Sequence record: NZ_AP019725.1
Strand: one strand, 5' to 3'
DNA: 64,000 nucleotides
From: a plasmid
Under the pieces are notes generated by a model. That model had not been told where the DNA came from, ran no database searches, and saw only the letters and a program-made list of their open reading frames with translations. Both the position numbers and the translations under genes were made by a program. Below are positions 29,677-40,231 of this stretch, in pieces. Position 1 is the stretch's first letter. Each line of letters opens with the position of its first letter.

Positions 29677-31503
29677 CTATTGATTATTCCAATGAGATTG
29701 TTCAAAACTAATATAATTGAGGGAAATACCAAAAAGATTTGACTCTTCTTGGCTGCTATTTACTTTAGCTGCCAGAATTTCATCCAAATCGCACCGGAGC
29801 AGTATCCATTCTCCACTTCCTTCCGCTTTCCAGTAGAGATGAACCATTGGCATACAATATCCTATTCCATTTGAAGTTCTAGGCATTTCTCTCTTTTGTG
29901 GGAATCTACATGGCATGCTCCCTTTCCAGAAACGGATTGTCGGCTGCAGGTCAATAGACATTCGGCCAATCTCATCCTGCCACTCATTATCATTCACTGT
30001 ATTTGTCCTCTTTGAAGACGGACGATAGCAGTGCCCGATATAATCAAAAGTTCGTTCCCATACAGCCTTTATCTCACCTTTCAATGGAATTTTCCCCCGA
30101 TTGGACAGAACATAGGTAATATTGAAATTACTGTCGTATGGTCGGTTATGTATCACTACTCCTGTATTGGTCTCTTCCTCCACCTGAATCATACGAAGAG
30201 CCGGCAAATCAGTCTGCTCCTTAATGGTAAATGTCATATCCTCCCTGGTTACTTTATCAAGGTGATTGGCCTTCTGCCAAATTGTCTCCCCTTTCTTCCG
30301 GAAAAGCACGCCAAGTTCATAAGTCCCTGCTGGAGCCGTTACATAGGATCTTCTTGCAGTCCCTTTCATCATGGCGCCATTTTCAGCAACAATGGAACAT
30401 GGCTGGAACTTATCCACTATATTCCCGGTATTGTCCATGAGCACCATACGGAAGTCCCCTTCCCATGTATCCGGCATATTCCCGGTTTCCAGATCCAAGC
30501 CGGTCCAGTATCCGTAGAATCCGAACATAAATCCCTCATTCCGATAGATGTCGATACCATATGATACTTCTCCAGGCTCAATATCAAACCAGTTACCTTC
30601 AGAATTGCCAAGGACAATATCATCAGTTTTGCCAAAAGTGCTCCAATAGCCGACATCAATCGGAAACTCCTCCAAGTCAATGGGGCTATTATATCCCCCT
30701 TTCAGCGTCAATGTATAGGTATAGGCTTTGCCTGCCTCCCATTGGTGACTTTCGGGAATGTCATAGACACGTTCTTCTCCGTCCACAACAACGGTAAGGG
30801 TTATTCCTTTTGCGGAGTTTACCGGAAGCATGATCGTTTCAACGGGTATGGGGTCTTTGGTGTCATCCAGATAATAGTTGCCACCTGCCAGTAAGCTGCC
30901 TTTGCTTCCCATCGGAGTGGTGGTATTGTTTGCAGCGTTGTACTTTGCAGTGGTATGGATGCCATTCCAGGTCAGGGATTCAATATGCCCTTCTCCGATA
31001 TAATTGTTTTTCTTGATAGTTATCCGAACCAAGGAGAGCAGGTGTTTCATCTTGACCTCCACCTCAGGCTTTTCGGCTCCAACCGATGCGGAACCGGCCA
31101 AGTAATCTGTCTGGGAGCCAATGTCAATAGGAATCTCTCCGCTGCTCTTGATTACAGACGAATAGGGATAGTAACAGATAATATCCCTCATCTCATCAGC
31201 AAGCGCCACTTCTCCCCCACTCCATATTTTGCCATCATAAACAAATTTCTTGTTTATGCATGTGTCATTATAGAACAGTCCTATCTCGCTGTCAGGTTCA
31301 AAAGAGGAAACTGTACCTCTGGTTGTCACTTCATTCAGCATCTCTATGCTTGTAGAGAAGCACAACATCGTTTTAGGCTTGTCCGGTTCCGGTGCAGGCT
31401 CAGGAGTAGGCTCCGGTTCAGGCAGAATGAGGTCATTTCCCTTGTCGCAGGAAGCCAGGAGAAGCAATGTTGCCATAATGCTGGGAATAATCAATTTTTT
31501 CAT
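29677..31503 (-). CDS. Mfa/fimbrillin-like surface lipoprotein (adhesin-like)
   Basis: Lipoprotein signal (LLLASCD), a PEPEPTPEPAPEP linker, and the ICYYPYSSV motif shared with the fimbrillin-family genes at 54754, 55776 and 58812. Confidence 0.55.
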   Translation of the reverse strand: MKKLIIPSIMATLLLLASCDKGNDLILPEPEPTPEPAPEPDKPKTMLCFSTSIEMLNEVTTRGTVSSFEPDSEIGLFYNDTCINKKFVYDGKIWSGGEVALADEMRDIICYYPYSSVIKSSGEIPIDIGSQTDYLAGSASVGAEKPEVEVKMKHLLSLVRITIKKNNYIGEGHIESLTWNGIHTTAKYNAANNTTTPMGSKGSLLAGGNYYLDDTKDPIPVETIMLPVNSAKGITLTVVVDGEERVYDIPESHQWEAGKAYTYTLTLKGGYNSPIDLEEFPIDVGYWSTFGKTDDIVLGNSEGNWFDIEPGEVSYGIDIYRNEGFMFGFYGYWTGLDLETGNMPDTWEGDFRMVLMDNTGNIVDKFQPCSIVAENGAMMKGTARRSYVTAPAGTYELGVLFRKKGETIWQKANHLDKVTREDMTFTIKEQTDLPALRMIQVEEETNTGVVIHNRPYDSNFNITYVLSNRGKIPLKGEIKAVWERTFDYIGHCYRPSSKRTNTVNDNEWQDEIGRMSIDLQPTIRFWKGSMPCRFPQKREMPRTSNGIGYCMPMVHLYWKAEGSGEWILLRCDLDEILAAKVNSSQEESNLFGISLNYISFEQSHWNNQ

Positions 31504-31513
31504 ATTGTTCATT

Positions 31514-32308
31514 TTACTTAAAATCAAAATTATAGTCTTCATTCATAGATTTTTTTCGAGCCAGTTCCTTCTCCATCCGTCCAATGGCTATGGAAAAAAA
31601 GAATTCCACCATGGGGGCTGTGTTACGCTCATCCCGGCATGCTTTAAGAGCGCCGATGTATTTTTCCCTATCTGTACTTTCAATGAGGAGCATAGGATAT
31701 CCTAATTTGACTAAAATGAAATTAGACAACAATCGTCCAAGCCGTCCATTCCCATCCCGGAACGGATGCAGGAAAATGAAATGCTTATGGAACTGTGCTG
31801 CAATTTCTATGGGATGTACCGGCAATTGCTCTATTGCTTTCTGTGTAGCTTCCATTAGCTTAGGAACACGGGCAATCAGTTCTTCATGATCGCCAAAAAT
31901 TGTATCACCAGCTCCCATGTCAGTATTGGTATATTCTCCTGGCACTGCATCTTTATATCGGTATGTTAGCGTATGCTGGGTCAGAATCCGATGTGTCTCC
32001 TTAACTAACTGTTCTGTTAACGGCAGCTCTGTTTGCCCCATTAGAAAATCATACGCATTGAAGTGATCCAGTATCTCAAATGCTTCAAAGAGAGTTTTGC
32101 CTTGTGGTATCATTCCCAGCCCTTTTTCTTTCAAAGCTCTTGTGTCATCTACAGAGAAGGTGTTGCCTTCGATTGCACAGCTATGAGCTGAGAAGAGTAT
32201 CTCATTGTACTCTTTCAAATCCTCTACATTGAATTTATCAATGACGGTGGTTTTATACTCTCTCAATAAGGTATTATACCTTTCAATCTCTCTTTCAAAC
32301 ATAACCAT
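31514..32308 (-). CDS. Fic family protein
   Basis: Canonical Fic motif HPFRDGNGRLGRLL. Confidence 0.85.
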   Translation of the reverse strand: MVMFEREIERYNTLLREYKTTVIDKFNVEDLKEYNEILFSAHSCAIEGNTFSVDDTRALKEKGLGMIPQGKTLFEAFEILDHFNAYDFLMGQTELPLTEQLVKETHRILTQHTLTYRYKDAVPGEYTNTDMGAGDTIFGDHEELIARVPKLMEATQKAIEQLPVHPIEIAAQFHKHFIFLHPFRDGNGRLGRLLSNFILVKLGYPMLLIESTDREKYIGALKACRDERNTAPMVEFFFSIAIGRMEKELARKKSMNEDYNFDFK

Positions 32309-32573
32309 TCTGTTTTATTTGTCCTCTATGAACTCATCCTCATACACCCAAATATGTTTGCCACTTCCGCAAATCTCCACTTCCCACTTGGTATCCCATT
32401 TCTCGATTAGAATAATGTTCCGGTACCCTAAGTAGGGTTCAATCAATGTCGCTGTTCTCATTTATATAGCTTTATTAGTATTACTCTGCAAAGATACAAA
32501 TAAAAAGAACATGGGCAAATATACCCGTAATAAAAATTACCGATATATGCTATGTTTTATAACACACTAGTCG

Positions 32574-32792
32574 CTAAATGGGTCTGAAATCAATTTCAAC
32601 ACCTAAAGCATCACCTATACGACTCAATATTTCTAGACTTGGGTTATATTTGCCAAGTTCTATTTTTCCAATGTTAGATGAATCTATTCCAGTTAGTTGC
32701 GCTAATTTAAATTGCGACAACCCTTTCTCCTTCCGGAGTTCGGCAATTCTTTTCCCTATACGTATCTTATGATTAATTTCTGTTGCTTCCAT
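32574..32792 (-). CDS. XRE-family HTH transcriptional regulator
   Basis: 72 aa with an HTH (IGKRIAELRKEKGLSQFKLAQLTGIDSSNIGKIE). A 4-nt gap separates it from the upstream RhuM gene. Confidence 0.8.
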   Translation of the reverse strand: MEATEINHKIRIGKRIAELRKEKGLSQFKLAQLTGIDSSNIGKIELGKYNPSLEILSRIGDALGVEIDFRPI

Positions 32793-32795
32793 ATT

Positions 32796-33656
32796 CTAAA
32801 GTAAATTGGTTATCATTTCTGCGGGCAAGCTCAGCTTTGAGAACGCGAACCATTTTTTTCCTAAGTCCTTCAGTGATGCGCCGATATGATATACAGCATC
32901 GTCCACAATCAAGAAACGGTCATGAGAGAGCTTGCATGTCCGGACATCGACGGGCGGGTACTGGTCCTTATGTCTGTCAAGGTCGAGCCGGAACTGCGGA
33001 GTGATGCGCTGCGTGTAGATGGTGGCCGTTACTCCCGGTTGCCGTTTGCTCAGCATGAGCAGCACGCTCTCATCAACATAGTTGTCAATGAGTACAAGCG
33101 ACTGTCTGGCAGACTTGATAAGATCCGAAGCGAATTTATAGGCATCGAAGATCTGGCCGTCGAAGAAGATGCCCTCTACCGGGGGAAGGGATGTGCGGAC
33201 AAAGAAATCGACTTTATTTGTTAGCTCTTCCAGTTGCCGGTCATGGGCAGTCAGCCTTGAATCCGTTTTATTCTCCAGTTGGTTAATACGTTGATTGATG
33301 GAATAGCCTTTCAAAAGGTATTCTTTCAACACCTTGTTTGCCCACTGTCTAAATTGAGTACCCCGTTGACTCTTTACCCGATATCCGACAGATATAATTA
33401 CATCAAGATTATAATAATCCACTTGATAAGTCTTACCATCAGAAGCAGTATAGGCAAATTTTGCCCAAACTGAATCCTTTATCAATTCTCCCTCTTTGAA
33501 GATATTCCGGATATGTTTTCCAATGACACTAATATCTCGGCCAAACAAATGAGACATTTCATCAATAGAAAGCCATACCGTTTCATTTTCCAAACGAACA
33601 TCCAGCTTTATTTCTTCGTCTGGCTGGTATAATATGATTTCTCCTTGATTCCCCAT
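32796..33656 (-). CDS. RhuM-family virulence protein (full length)
   Basis: 286 aa with a Virulence_RhuM-like N-terminus (GEIILYQPDEEIKLDVRLENETVWLSIDEMSHLFGRD) and an intact C-terminal domain. Confidence 0.75.
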   Translation of the reverse strand: MGNQGEIILYQPDEEIKLDVRLENETVWLSIDEMSHLFGRDISVIGKHIRNIFKEGELIKDSVWAKFAYTASDGKTYQVDYYNLDVIISVGYRVKSQRGTQFRQWANKVLKEYLLKGYSINQRINQLENKTDSRLTAHDRQLEELTNKVDFFVRTSLPPVEGIFFDGQIFDAYKFASDLIKSARQSLVLIDNYVDESVLLMLSKRQPGVTATIYTQRITPQFRLDLDRHKDQYPPVDVRTCKLSHDRFLIVDDAVYHIGASLKDLGKKWFAFSKLSLPAEMITNLL

Positions 33657-33672
33657 TATTATATCTTTCCTG

Positions 33673-34188
33673 TTATTGGTTCATATAATTCAAAAGTAAT
33701 TCCTTATCTTCCCTACTCGCTCTTTCCCAAAACTGTGACCAGTTCTTATAATTGCCATATCGGTCTATATTATTGTCGCTTACAGTTTGCCATGCTGAAG
33801 AACTGACTTTCTTCAATGTATCAAGACTATGGTTATATCCGAAAAGGAAGAAGGAATCCACGGTTTCCGTCTCAAAAGGATATATTTCTGAACGGATCTT
33901 CCCATCCCTAAGCTGCGCCGTAATCCGGCTGTCATAGTCCGGGTATTTATCCGGCTCTACTTCCACGTCCAGAGCCTCAAGCAGCCATCTTTTTATATCA
34001 TCGTTACTGTTCAGGTAGAAATCAAATACATCACCTTTCTTGCTCGCCCACTTATTCAGGACGTGCTTGTATAATTCATTGTCAAGTTTTCCATAAATTA
34101 ATTTATCTATGAAGGCGGTATTGATTACCCCATTGACGATTGCTGCCGTAACAGCGTCAATAGCCAGTATTGCTTTCTGTGTATTCAT
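33673..34188 (-). CDS. hypothetical protein
   Basis: 171-aa ORF inside the Fic/RhuM operon with no motif recognised. Confidence 0.45.
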   Translation of the reverse strand: MNTQKAILAIDAVTAAIVNGVINTAFIDKLIYGKLDNELYKHVLNKWASKKGDVFDFYLNSNDDIKRWLLEALDVEVEPDKYPDYDSRITAQLRDGKIRSEIYPFETETVDSFFLFGYNHSLDTLKKVSSSAWQTVSDNNIDRYGNYKNWSQFWERASREDKELLLNYMNQ

Positions 34189-34456
34189 ATTTTTAATATT
34201 TAAGTTGACTAATAGGGAATTACAAAGTTAAATTATAGTCTGCCTCAATAAGAAAGAATACTTCCTTTGTATTTTTATAAACTCTACGTTTTGCACCGAG
34301 AACTTTTAGCTTTCGATAAGAAATCATAGCTTTCGTGTCTTCTACGGAATCCACGCCGTTAATGATTGTATGGATCTTGATGTTCTTCTCAGTAACTTTC
34401 CATGCCATAGTATTTTTTTATTAGTTATTAAAGTTCCATACCATAGTCCACCCCTC

Positions 34457-35236
34457 CTACCTATTCTTGTTCAGGTCAAAAGTAGGTTCTCCAGACAACG
34501 ATAATTCATTAATTCGCTCTATCTGCCGGTTAAGGAAATAATCCGTATATCCGGAATAATTCCCTGTTTCATAGAAAAAAATCAGTCCTTTCCTATAGTG
34601 AAGGATATCCGCATCCTTTGCGGAATATACCGGAATCAAATCAGCATTCATCATAACGATGCTTTCCATCATACGTGAGGTACGTTTGTTCCCGTCAATG
34701 AAGGGCTGGAGCTTGGCTATATTACAATGTAGATAAATAGCTCTCTCCAGTGGATTGCTATATAATTCCTGGTTAAAAAATATTTCGTTTAAGGCCATCC
34801 GTATCTCCCGGATTTCTTTTGGCGGGATATATTCCGTACCGGTAATCCGTACAGCACGGGAGCGCAGCATGCCGGACTCTTCACTGGATACCAACTCACT
34901 GGAGATGGTACGATGTAACCGAAACAAGGTACGTTCACCTATTTGCTCCTGATTATGCTCCTTATTGATATATTCCATTTCGGAAACAAAAGTATTATAG
35001 AGGTTTTTCAGCATCTTGGCGTCCTCATATCTCTTTTCCGATGTGATATTATCTTTCAGTAAAGCTTCTGTCTCCACATATGTGTAGGTGTTTCCCTCTA
35101 TCTTTCCAGAGTAATAACACCACACTACTGCCAGGTCCTTTATCTCGGAAGATGTCAATGAAGAAAGTTTAGCGTGCTTGTTCGTAATGATGAAGTCAGC
35201 CTTTTTCTTTTGTATATCATTGAAGATAGGAATCAT
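34457..35236 (-). CDS. Fic/Doc family protein (Doc-like variant motif)
   Basis: Motif LQPFIDGNKRTSRMM resembles the Doc-type Fic core HxFx(D/N)GNKR. Confidence 0.65.
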   Translation of the reverse strand: MIPIFNDIQKKKADFIITNKHAKLSSLTSSEIKDLAVVWCYYSGKIEGNTYTYVETEALLKDNITSEKRYEDAKMLKNLYNTFVSEMEYINKEHNQEQIGERTLFRLHRTISSELVSSEESGMLRSRAVRITGTEYIPPKEIREIRMALNEIFFNQELYSNPLERAIYLHCNIAKLQPFIDGNKRTSRMMESIVMMNADLIPVYSAKDADILHYRKGLIFFYETGNYSGYTDYFLNRQIERINELSLSGEPTFDLNKNR

Positions 35237-35276
35237 AATTTATAATATTTACGTATTGACAAATAGGGAAAAACGA

Positions 35277-35846
35277 CTATTCATAGGCCCGGAATCCAAT
35301 CGGATTACGTGGTTTCTCTTCAACCTTCTTCCTGACCTGAAGCTCGGCCAACGTCTGGTTGATCATCTCCAGTTGCATCCGGGTATCCTCGTTGATGTCG
35401 TTATAATCGGTAAAAACTTCTTCCATGTAGGCCCGAAGTTCCTGCATTTGCTTTTCCAGTTCTCCCACTCTGTCTACCGGTGGATTGGCTATCAGCTGGC
35501 GGATGGCGACGAAGGCACGCATGATACTCATATTGATTTGTATGGCTGCCTTTGAATTTAAAACACTGCTAAGCATAGCAACTCCTAATTCTGTAAAAGC
35601 ATAAGGAGAACGTCTCATACCCATCTTTATAGAATTGGACATCACAATTTGTGATTTCCAATTCAATGTTTCTTCTTTTGTCAGTTGAAACATGAAGTCC
35701 TCCGGGAAACGCTCGATATTACGCTTCACCGCCTGATTGAGAGCTCGTGTTTCCACCTCGTACATTTCTGCCAGGTCAAAGTCCAGCATTACCTTCTGGC
35801 CCCGGATCTCATAGATCCTGCTTTGGATTAATTGCAGCTCGTCCAT
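35277..35846 (-). CDS. ORF6N-domain protein (intact copy)
   Basis: [55 protein letters not shown] is a pfam ORF6N-like N-terminal domain. Confidence 0.7.
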   Translation of the reverse strand: MDELQLIQSRIYEIRGQKVMLDFDLAEMYEVETRALNQAVKRNIERFPEDFMFQLTKEETLNWKSQIVMSNSIKMGMRRSPYAFTELGVAMLSSVLNSKAAIQINMSIMRAFVAIRQLIANPPVDRVGELEKQMQELRAYMEEVFTDYNDINEDTRMQLEMINQTLAELQVRKKVEEKPRNPIGFRAYE

Positions 35847-35880
35847 AATTGATTTTTTGCACCTCAAAGACTCTTATACC

Positions 35881-36363
35881 TCATTCTATCTTGACAGCTT
35901 CTACAAACTTTAATAACACAGCGACTCTTTCCGCATGGAATGAAAGCTGATTGAATAATTTGTGTGTCTTAAGCATCTCAATGGCCGCATCAGCTGTAAT
36001 AACCCCCTGCTCATAGAGCCTGATAGTAGCATATAACTGATCATTTGCGACAGGTCCCATTACCAACTCATATTCTTCTGTACTTTTTCCTTTACGGTTG
36101 TTGACAACAAACTCCAACCATTCTTTTGTTGCGCCTGCGAAATGGCGAACAACAAATTCTCCTTCAAGGATATTATCAGGCACTTCATAGACCGAGACAA
36201 TTGCCCTATCGCTTTGTTCCCTGTTCTTTTTGAGCAAAGCCCATTTTTTTGCCTGCTCAAAGTTAGTTGTCGTATAGAATCCTCTTCCGAAATCCGTAGC
36301 TTTACGGCCTTTCTGTATATTAGGACGTTTTACGACAACTGTTGAACCGTGATATAGTCTCAT
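35881..36363 (-). CDS. DUF3990-like protein
   Basis: N-terminal MRLYHGS...FGRGFYTT signature. Its stop overlaps the start of the next gene. Confidence 0.6.
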   Translation of the reverse strand: MRLYHGSTVVVKRPNIQKGRKATDFGRGFYTTTNFEQAKKWALLKKNREQSDRAIVSVYEVPDNILEGEFVVRHFAGATKEWLEFVVNNRKGKSTEEYELVMGPVANDQLYATIRLYEQGVITADAAIEMLKTHKLFNQLSFHAERVAVLLKFVEAVKIE

Positions 36364-36803
36364 TTCTTTTTATTGATATAAGTTGTTATAGTATCTAGTA
36401 TATATTCTGTATCTTGGGTGTGCAGCATTTCAAAATTGTCATTTAGAAATTCAAGAACCCCATGATTGGAAAACAACAGAAGGATTTCTTCGGCACTTTT
36501 CTTTTTTGCTTCCCTATAACTTTCTATACAGAACATTTTAAAAAGTAGGACTTTGGACTCGTCACCTTGTATTTTCCTTTGCTCCGTTTTCTCTTTCTCT
36601 AATGCTTCATAAAGTGATAATGTGCTTGAATACCACAGTTTAGTATTCAAATCCAATAAAGACTTATACAGTTTGGAAGAATAGATATAATATAACGCAT
36701 CTCTTAAAGGCAACATCTTTTTCTTCATAACCATATTGACCAAATCACGCATCACGAATGGAAGCATGGCATAATCCAATTGATTTTGATCGTTCTGAAG
36801 CAT
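36360..36803 (-). CDS. DUF3791-like protein (usual partner of DUF3990)
   Basis: 147 aa, overlapping the DUF3990 gene by 4 nt. Confidence 0.5.
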   Translation of the reverse strand: MLQNDQNQLDYAMLPFVMRDLVNMVMKKKMLPLRDALYYIYSSKLYKSLLDLNTKLWYSSTLSLYEALEKEKTEQRKIQGDESKVLLFKMFCIESYREAKKKSAEEILLLFSNHGVLEFLNDNFEMLHTQDTEYILDTITTYINKKK

Positions 36804-36873
36804 ATTTTTATTTTTATGTTATCTACTTATATGATTATCCGCGTACTATGAGTGGTGGTACGATCGCGGATAA

Positions 36874-37329
36874 TCAAAATCCATTCAATTCTTTCAGTTT
36901 CTTTTCCAGATAGTTAATCCCTTTCTCATTCAGCTTGCCATCCTTCATGTACTCATCCAGGAATTTGCGGATAGCTATGTATGCAATTTCTCTCATATCA
37001 ATGTCATGTTCTAGTTTGATACGTCCTAGATCCTTATGCGTATCTACATCGAACCATACATTCATAGCCTTTTTTCGCTCTACCTTTTGAGCAGCCTTTG
37101 AACGGTCTTTTACCTCTCTGTCCTCTTTCGGTGCAGCCATAGGTTGTTGGTCTTCCTTTTCAACCTCTACGCTCAATTCCGGTTCATCAATCCTGTTTTC
37201 CGCTTTCTTGCGGCGCAGAATTTGATTCTCTTCTTTCTGGCTCTTTACCATTGAGCCTATTTCGCTTAAAAAATCGACTTTTTCGTTTTTTCCTGCCATA
37301 CTGTCAAATGTATTAGTTTTCATTATCAT
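36874..37329 (-). CDS. TraB/DUF3408-like small partner protein of ParA
   Basis: 151 aa with a charged N-terminus and C-terminal VWFDVDTHKDLGRIKLEHDIDMREIAYIAIRKFL. It overlaps the ParA gene by 17 nt. Confidence 0.45.
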   Translation of the reverse strand: MIMKTNTFDSMAGKNEKVDFLSEIGSMVKSQKEENQILRRKKAENRIDEPELSVEVEKEDQQPMAAPKEDREVKDRSKAAQKVERKKAMNVWFDVDTHKDLGRIKLEHDIDMREIAYIAIRKFLDEYMKDGKLNEKGINYLEKKLKELNGF

Positions 37330-38191
37330 CTACCGGGCGTTCATCCGGATTTTTCATATACCATGCTTCCAAAGCGCGACGCTGCCAATCCTCAGGCCTT
37401 CTCTCGCCGGTAATCTCCTCTGCAAGACTCATGTAGTCTTCGGCGCCATTGCCTTCCGGATCATGTTCAAATATAGTCCTATGCCTTAGGGGGCTTTCGT
37501 CGAAACGGACGCTTTTACGTATTTTTGTTTTGAATACCTTTCCAGGGAATTGACTTTCAAAATACTCTATTACGCTTCTACTGATACGGGTATTCCGGTC
37601 ATACCGTATAGGTAAAAAGCCTAGAATGTCCAATTCCTCATTAAATTCATCATCCTTGACCTCGTTTATGGAATCCATCAATGTCTGCATCCCTTTCAAG
37701 GAAAAACCGCTGCAATCTATAGGGACCAACACCCGGTCACTAACTACCATCGCATTGAAGTTTACGATACTTTCTTTAGGAGAACAGTCGATTAATATAT
37801 AATCAAACGCATCTTGAAGCGGTTTTAATTTACGTTTTAAAATACGCTCCCTGGCCTTTCGCGCAGCCAGTATCATATCGGCATCGCGGAGCTCTCGTGA
37901 AGAAGGAATGTAATACAGACGTTCCTTTCCACTATATCGGTTGTCTATAGCGTCATATCTCACATATACAGGTACGGAGCCTTCGTCGCTTTGCCGCATA
38001 AACCACTCATTAAAAGTCTCATCTCCCGCAGCACCGTCAAAACCCAGCAAAAAAGTAAGGTCGCACTGTGGATCTGTGTCTATCAGAAGTACTCTCTTTC
38101 CTAGAATCCAAAGTGCTGTGCCCAGACTAGCCGTTGTGGTGGTCTTTGCGACCCCACCCTTGTAATTTAAAACACTTAATATCGTTGCCAT
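37313..38191 (-). CDS. parA: ParA/MinD-family ATPase (TraA-like)
   Basis: Deviant Walker A motif (NYKGGVAKTTTTASLG). Confidence 0.85.
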   Translation of the reverse strand: MATILSVLNYKGGVAKTTTTASLGTALWILGKRVLLIDTDPQCDLTFLLGFDGAAGDETFNEWFMRQSDEGSVPVYVRYDAIDNRYSGKERLYYIPSSRELRDADMILAARKARERILKRKLKPLQDAFDYILIDCSPKESIVNFNAMVVSDRVLVPIDCSGFSLKGMQTLMDSINEVKDDEFNEELDILGFLPIRYDRNTRISRSVIEYFESQFPGKVFKTKIRKSVRFDESPLRHRTIFEHDPEGNGAEDYMSLAEEITGERRPEDWQRRALEAWYMKNPDERPVDDNEN

Positions 38192-38199
38192 ATATTCAG

Positions 38200-38760
38200 A
38201 TGTGTAATTTCGTGTAACAAAAATACGCTATTGCCTTTTAATAAGCAATTTTAAATATTTAAATATTTGAGTGTTTAAGCATTTTTTATACTTGAACATC
38301 TGAGCGTTTAAGAGTTTTAATGTTTGGATATTCAAATATGCAAACGTTTAGATTTCTGCATGTTCACATATTAGAATGCTTGTATATTTAAATATTCGCA
38401 TATGCAGACATTGAGATATGTGAATGCTTTAGTATTTATGCATCTGTGTATTCAAATGCATAGATACCCAACGCATAGAATATAAATATTCAGGCATCCG
38501 AAAGTTTAAATGTTCAGACTCTCAAACATATAAACGTTTACATGTTTATACGTTCAAATACTCAGATATATAAATATATAAATACTTAACTGTGCTGACA
38601 TTGAAATATGTGAATACTTTAGTATTCGTGCGTTTGAATACACAGATACCCAACATGTAAAATATGGACATTTAAATATTTAAGCACTTAAATTCTCAAA
38701 CTCTTAAATATGCAAATATTCAAATGCGTGGACATTTGAATGTTTTGGCGCACAGCAAGT
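38200..38760. repeat. repeat-rich AT island upstream of parA: two ~65-bp direct repeats (38408..38475 and 38598..38660) plus at least 8 TTAAATATT-type motifs
   Basis: Read directly in the sequence. Candidate centromere-like, operator or oriT region in the divergent interval between parA (-) and an integrase (+). Confidence 0.6.
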
Positions 38761-38887
38761 GAACTACGCAATCAAATTGTAGTACAAGCTACCAATACTA
38801 GGGTGGTAGTACAAATATTATCTTTCCATGCTTGTCCAGAATAACTTTGTATTATTTTTGCATTATGAAAAAACTGCGGACAAAGCA

Positions 38888-39934
38888 ATGGATATCGAAA
38901 CTGCAACAAGCAATTTTCTGAGTGAGCTACGACAGATTGGTTTGGATAATAACGGTGCACTGTTAATCCAGGTACAAATAGATGGCGTAAACCATATAAT
39001 GAGCTATGGAAATTTGAATAATTTTGCAGCAGGTGCGAAGATGATGGAGAAAAAAGGGGATAGCTTAATCAAGTTTATGGAGAGGGAAATCCCAATTGCT
39101 TCCATCAGAGAGAGTACCAAAAAAATCCATTTGGACACACTGAACCAAATTAGGAGCTTTTCACCGAACATTAGCCTTCAAGAGGTATCCAGTGATTTTC
39201 TTCTTGAATTTGAGATTCACATGCGTGAGGTATGTAATCTATCAACGAACACGATAGCTCGTCACATGAAATCACTCAAGAGATATATCAATATTGCACG
39301 AAAAAAAAGAATAATCACAGAATACCCGTTCTTGAATTATACAATCAGAACAGAACAAGTACATAGAGATGCACTTACTGAAAAGGAACTTGAAATATTG
39401 GAGAAATATAGAGAAAATCTTGCAGAACCCAATGAGGCGTTAAACGCTTTTCTCTTCAGTTGTTATACTGGTTTAAGATACTCGGATGTGCGCATGTTTA
39501 CCAAACAGAATATATACACAATCAACCGTAAAAAATGGATTGTCCTCAAAATGTATAAGACAAACAAGGAAATACGCATACCGTTAAGCACAATCTTCGA
39601 AGGAAAGGCGCTAGAGCTTACAAGATCCATTTCGAGGAATAGGGGAGTAATATTTCGCATCGGAAGCAACCAGCAAGCCAATAGGGACCTGAAAAAAATT
39701 GCAAAACAAGTAGGGATAAAAAAAATGACCTTTCACACTGCCCGACATACTTGCGCAACACTGCTCTTGTATAGAGGTGTCAGTATAACTACAGTTCAGA
39801 CCATACTCGGCCATCAAAGTGTAAAAACCACGCAGATATACAGTGCCGTAACAGATATGACCTTGGAACGAGATCTAAAGAAAGGAAGTGCCAAAAAGGG
39901 TAGGGGAGAGAAGATTAGGAGACGAAAACAATGA
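38888..39934 (+). CDS. tyrosine-type site-specific integrase
   Basis: C-terminal catalytic region (HTARHTCATLLLYRGVSITTVQTILGHQSVKTTQIYSAVT) with R, H-x-x-R and Y residues. Confidence 0.8.
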   Translation: MDIETATSNFLSELRQIGLDNNGALLIQVQIDGVNHIMSYGNLNNFAAGAKMMEKKGDSLIKFMEREIPIASIRESTKKIHLDTLNQIRSFSPNISLQEVSSDFLLEFEIHMREVCNLSTNTIARHMKSLKRYINIARKKRIITEYPFLNYTIRTEQVHRDALTEKELEILEKYRENLAEPNEALNAFLFSCYTGLRYSDVRMFTKQNIYTINRKKWIVLKMYKTNKEIRIPLSTIFEGKALELTRSISRNRGVIFRIGSNQQANRDLKKIAKQVGIKKMTFHTARHTCATLLLYRGVSITTVQTILGHQSVKTTQIYSAVTDMTLERDLKKGSAKKGRGEKIRRRKQ

Positions 39935-40231
39935 CTTAATAGAGTAGGGGATAGGGGTAGTGTAAAATAAACAGATAGCTAAAAAGTAAATTTGAGAAAA
40001 GCGTAGCGATTCAACTGAAAGAGTGGTCGTTACGCTTTTGCTTTTGATGTGGAAAAGGTCGTTTGCAGACATCCAAAAGCCACACAACGCAAGAGTTCAG
40101 TTACCACATCATTACTGCCGTAATGTGTGAACTTCCAGAATAAGCATCTGTTTTTCTGCGATTTGCGTAATTTTGCGTAGCTGTTGGTAACTCACGGTAA
40201 ACTAATTTTGTCACCAAAAAAGAAGTGAGTT

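Noticed and set aside
38760-38890. Search for a tRNA gene 3' end as the integration target upstream of the integrases
   Set aside because: No cloverleaf-compatible sequence or CCA/TPsiC-arm-like motif was seen by eye; it would need tRNAscan to be sure. No 38760..38890 or 39935..40231 tRNA is claimed.
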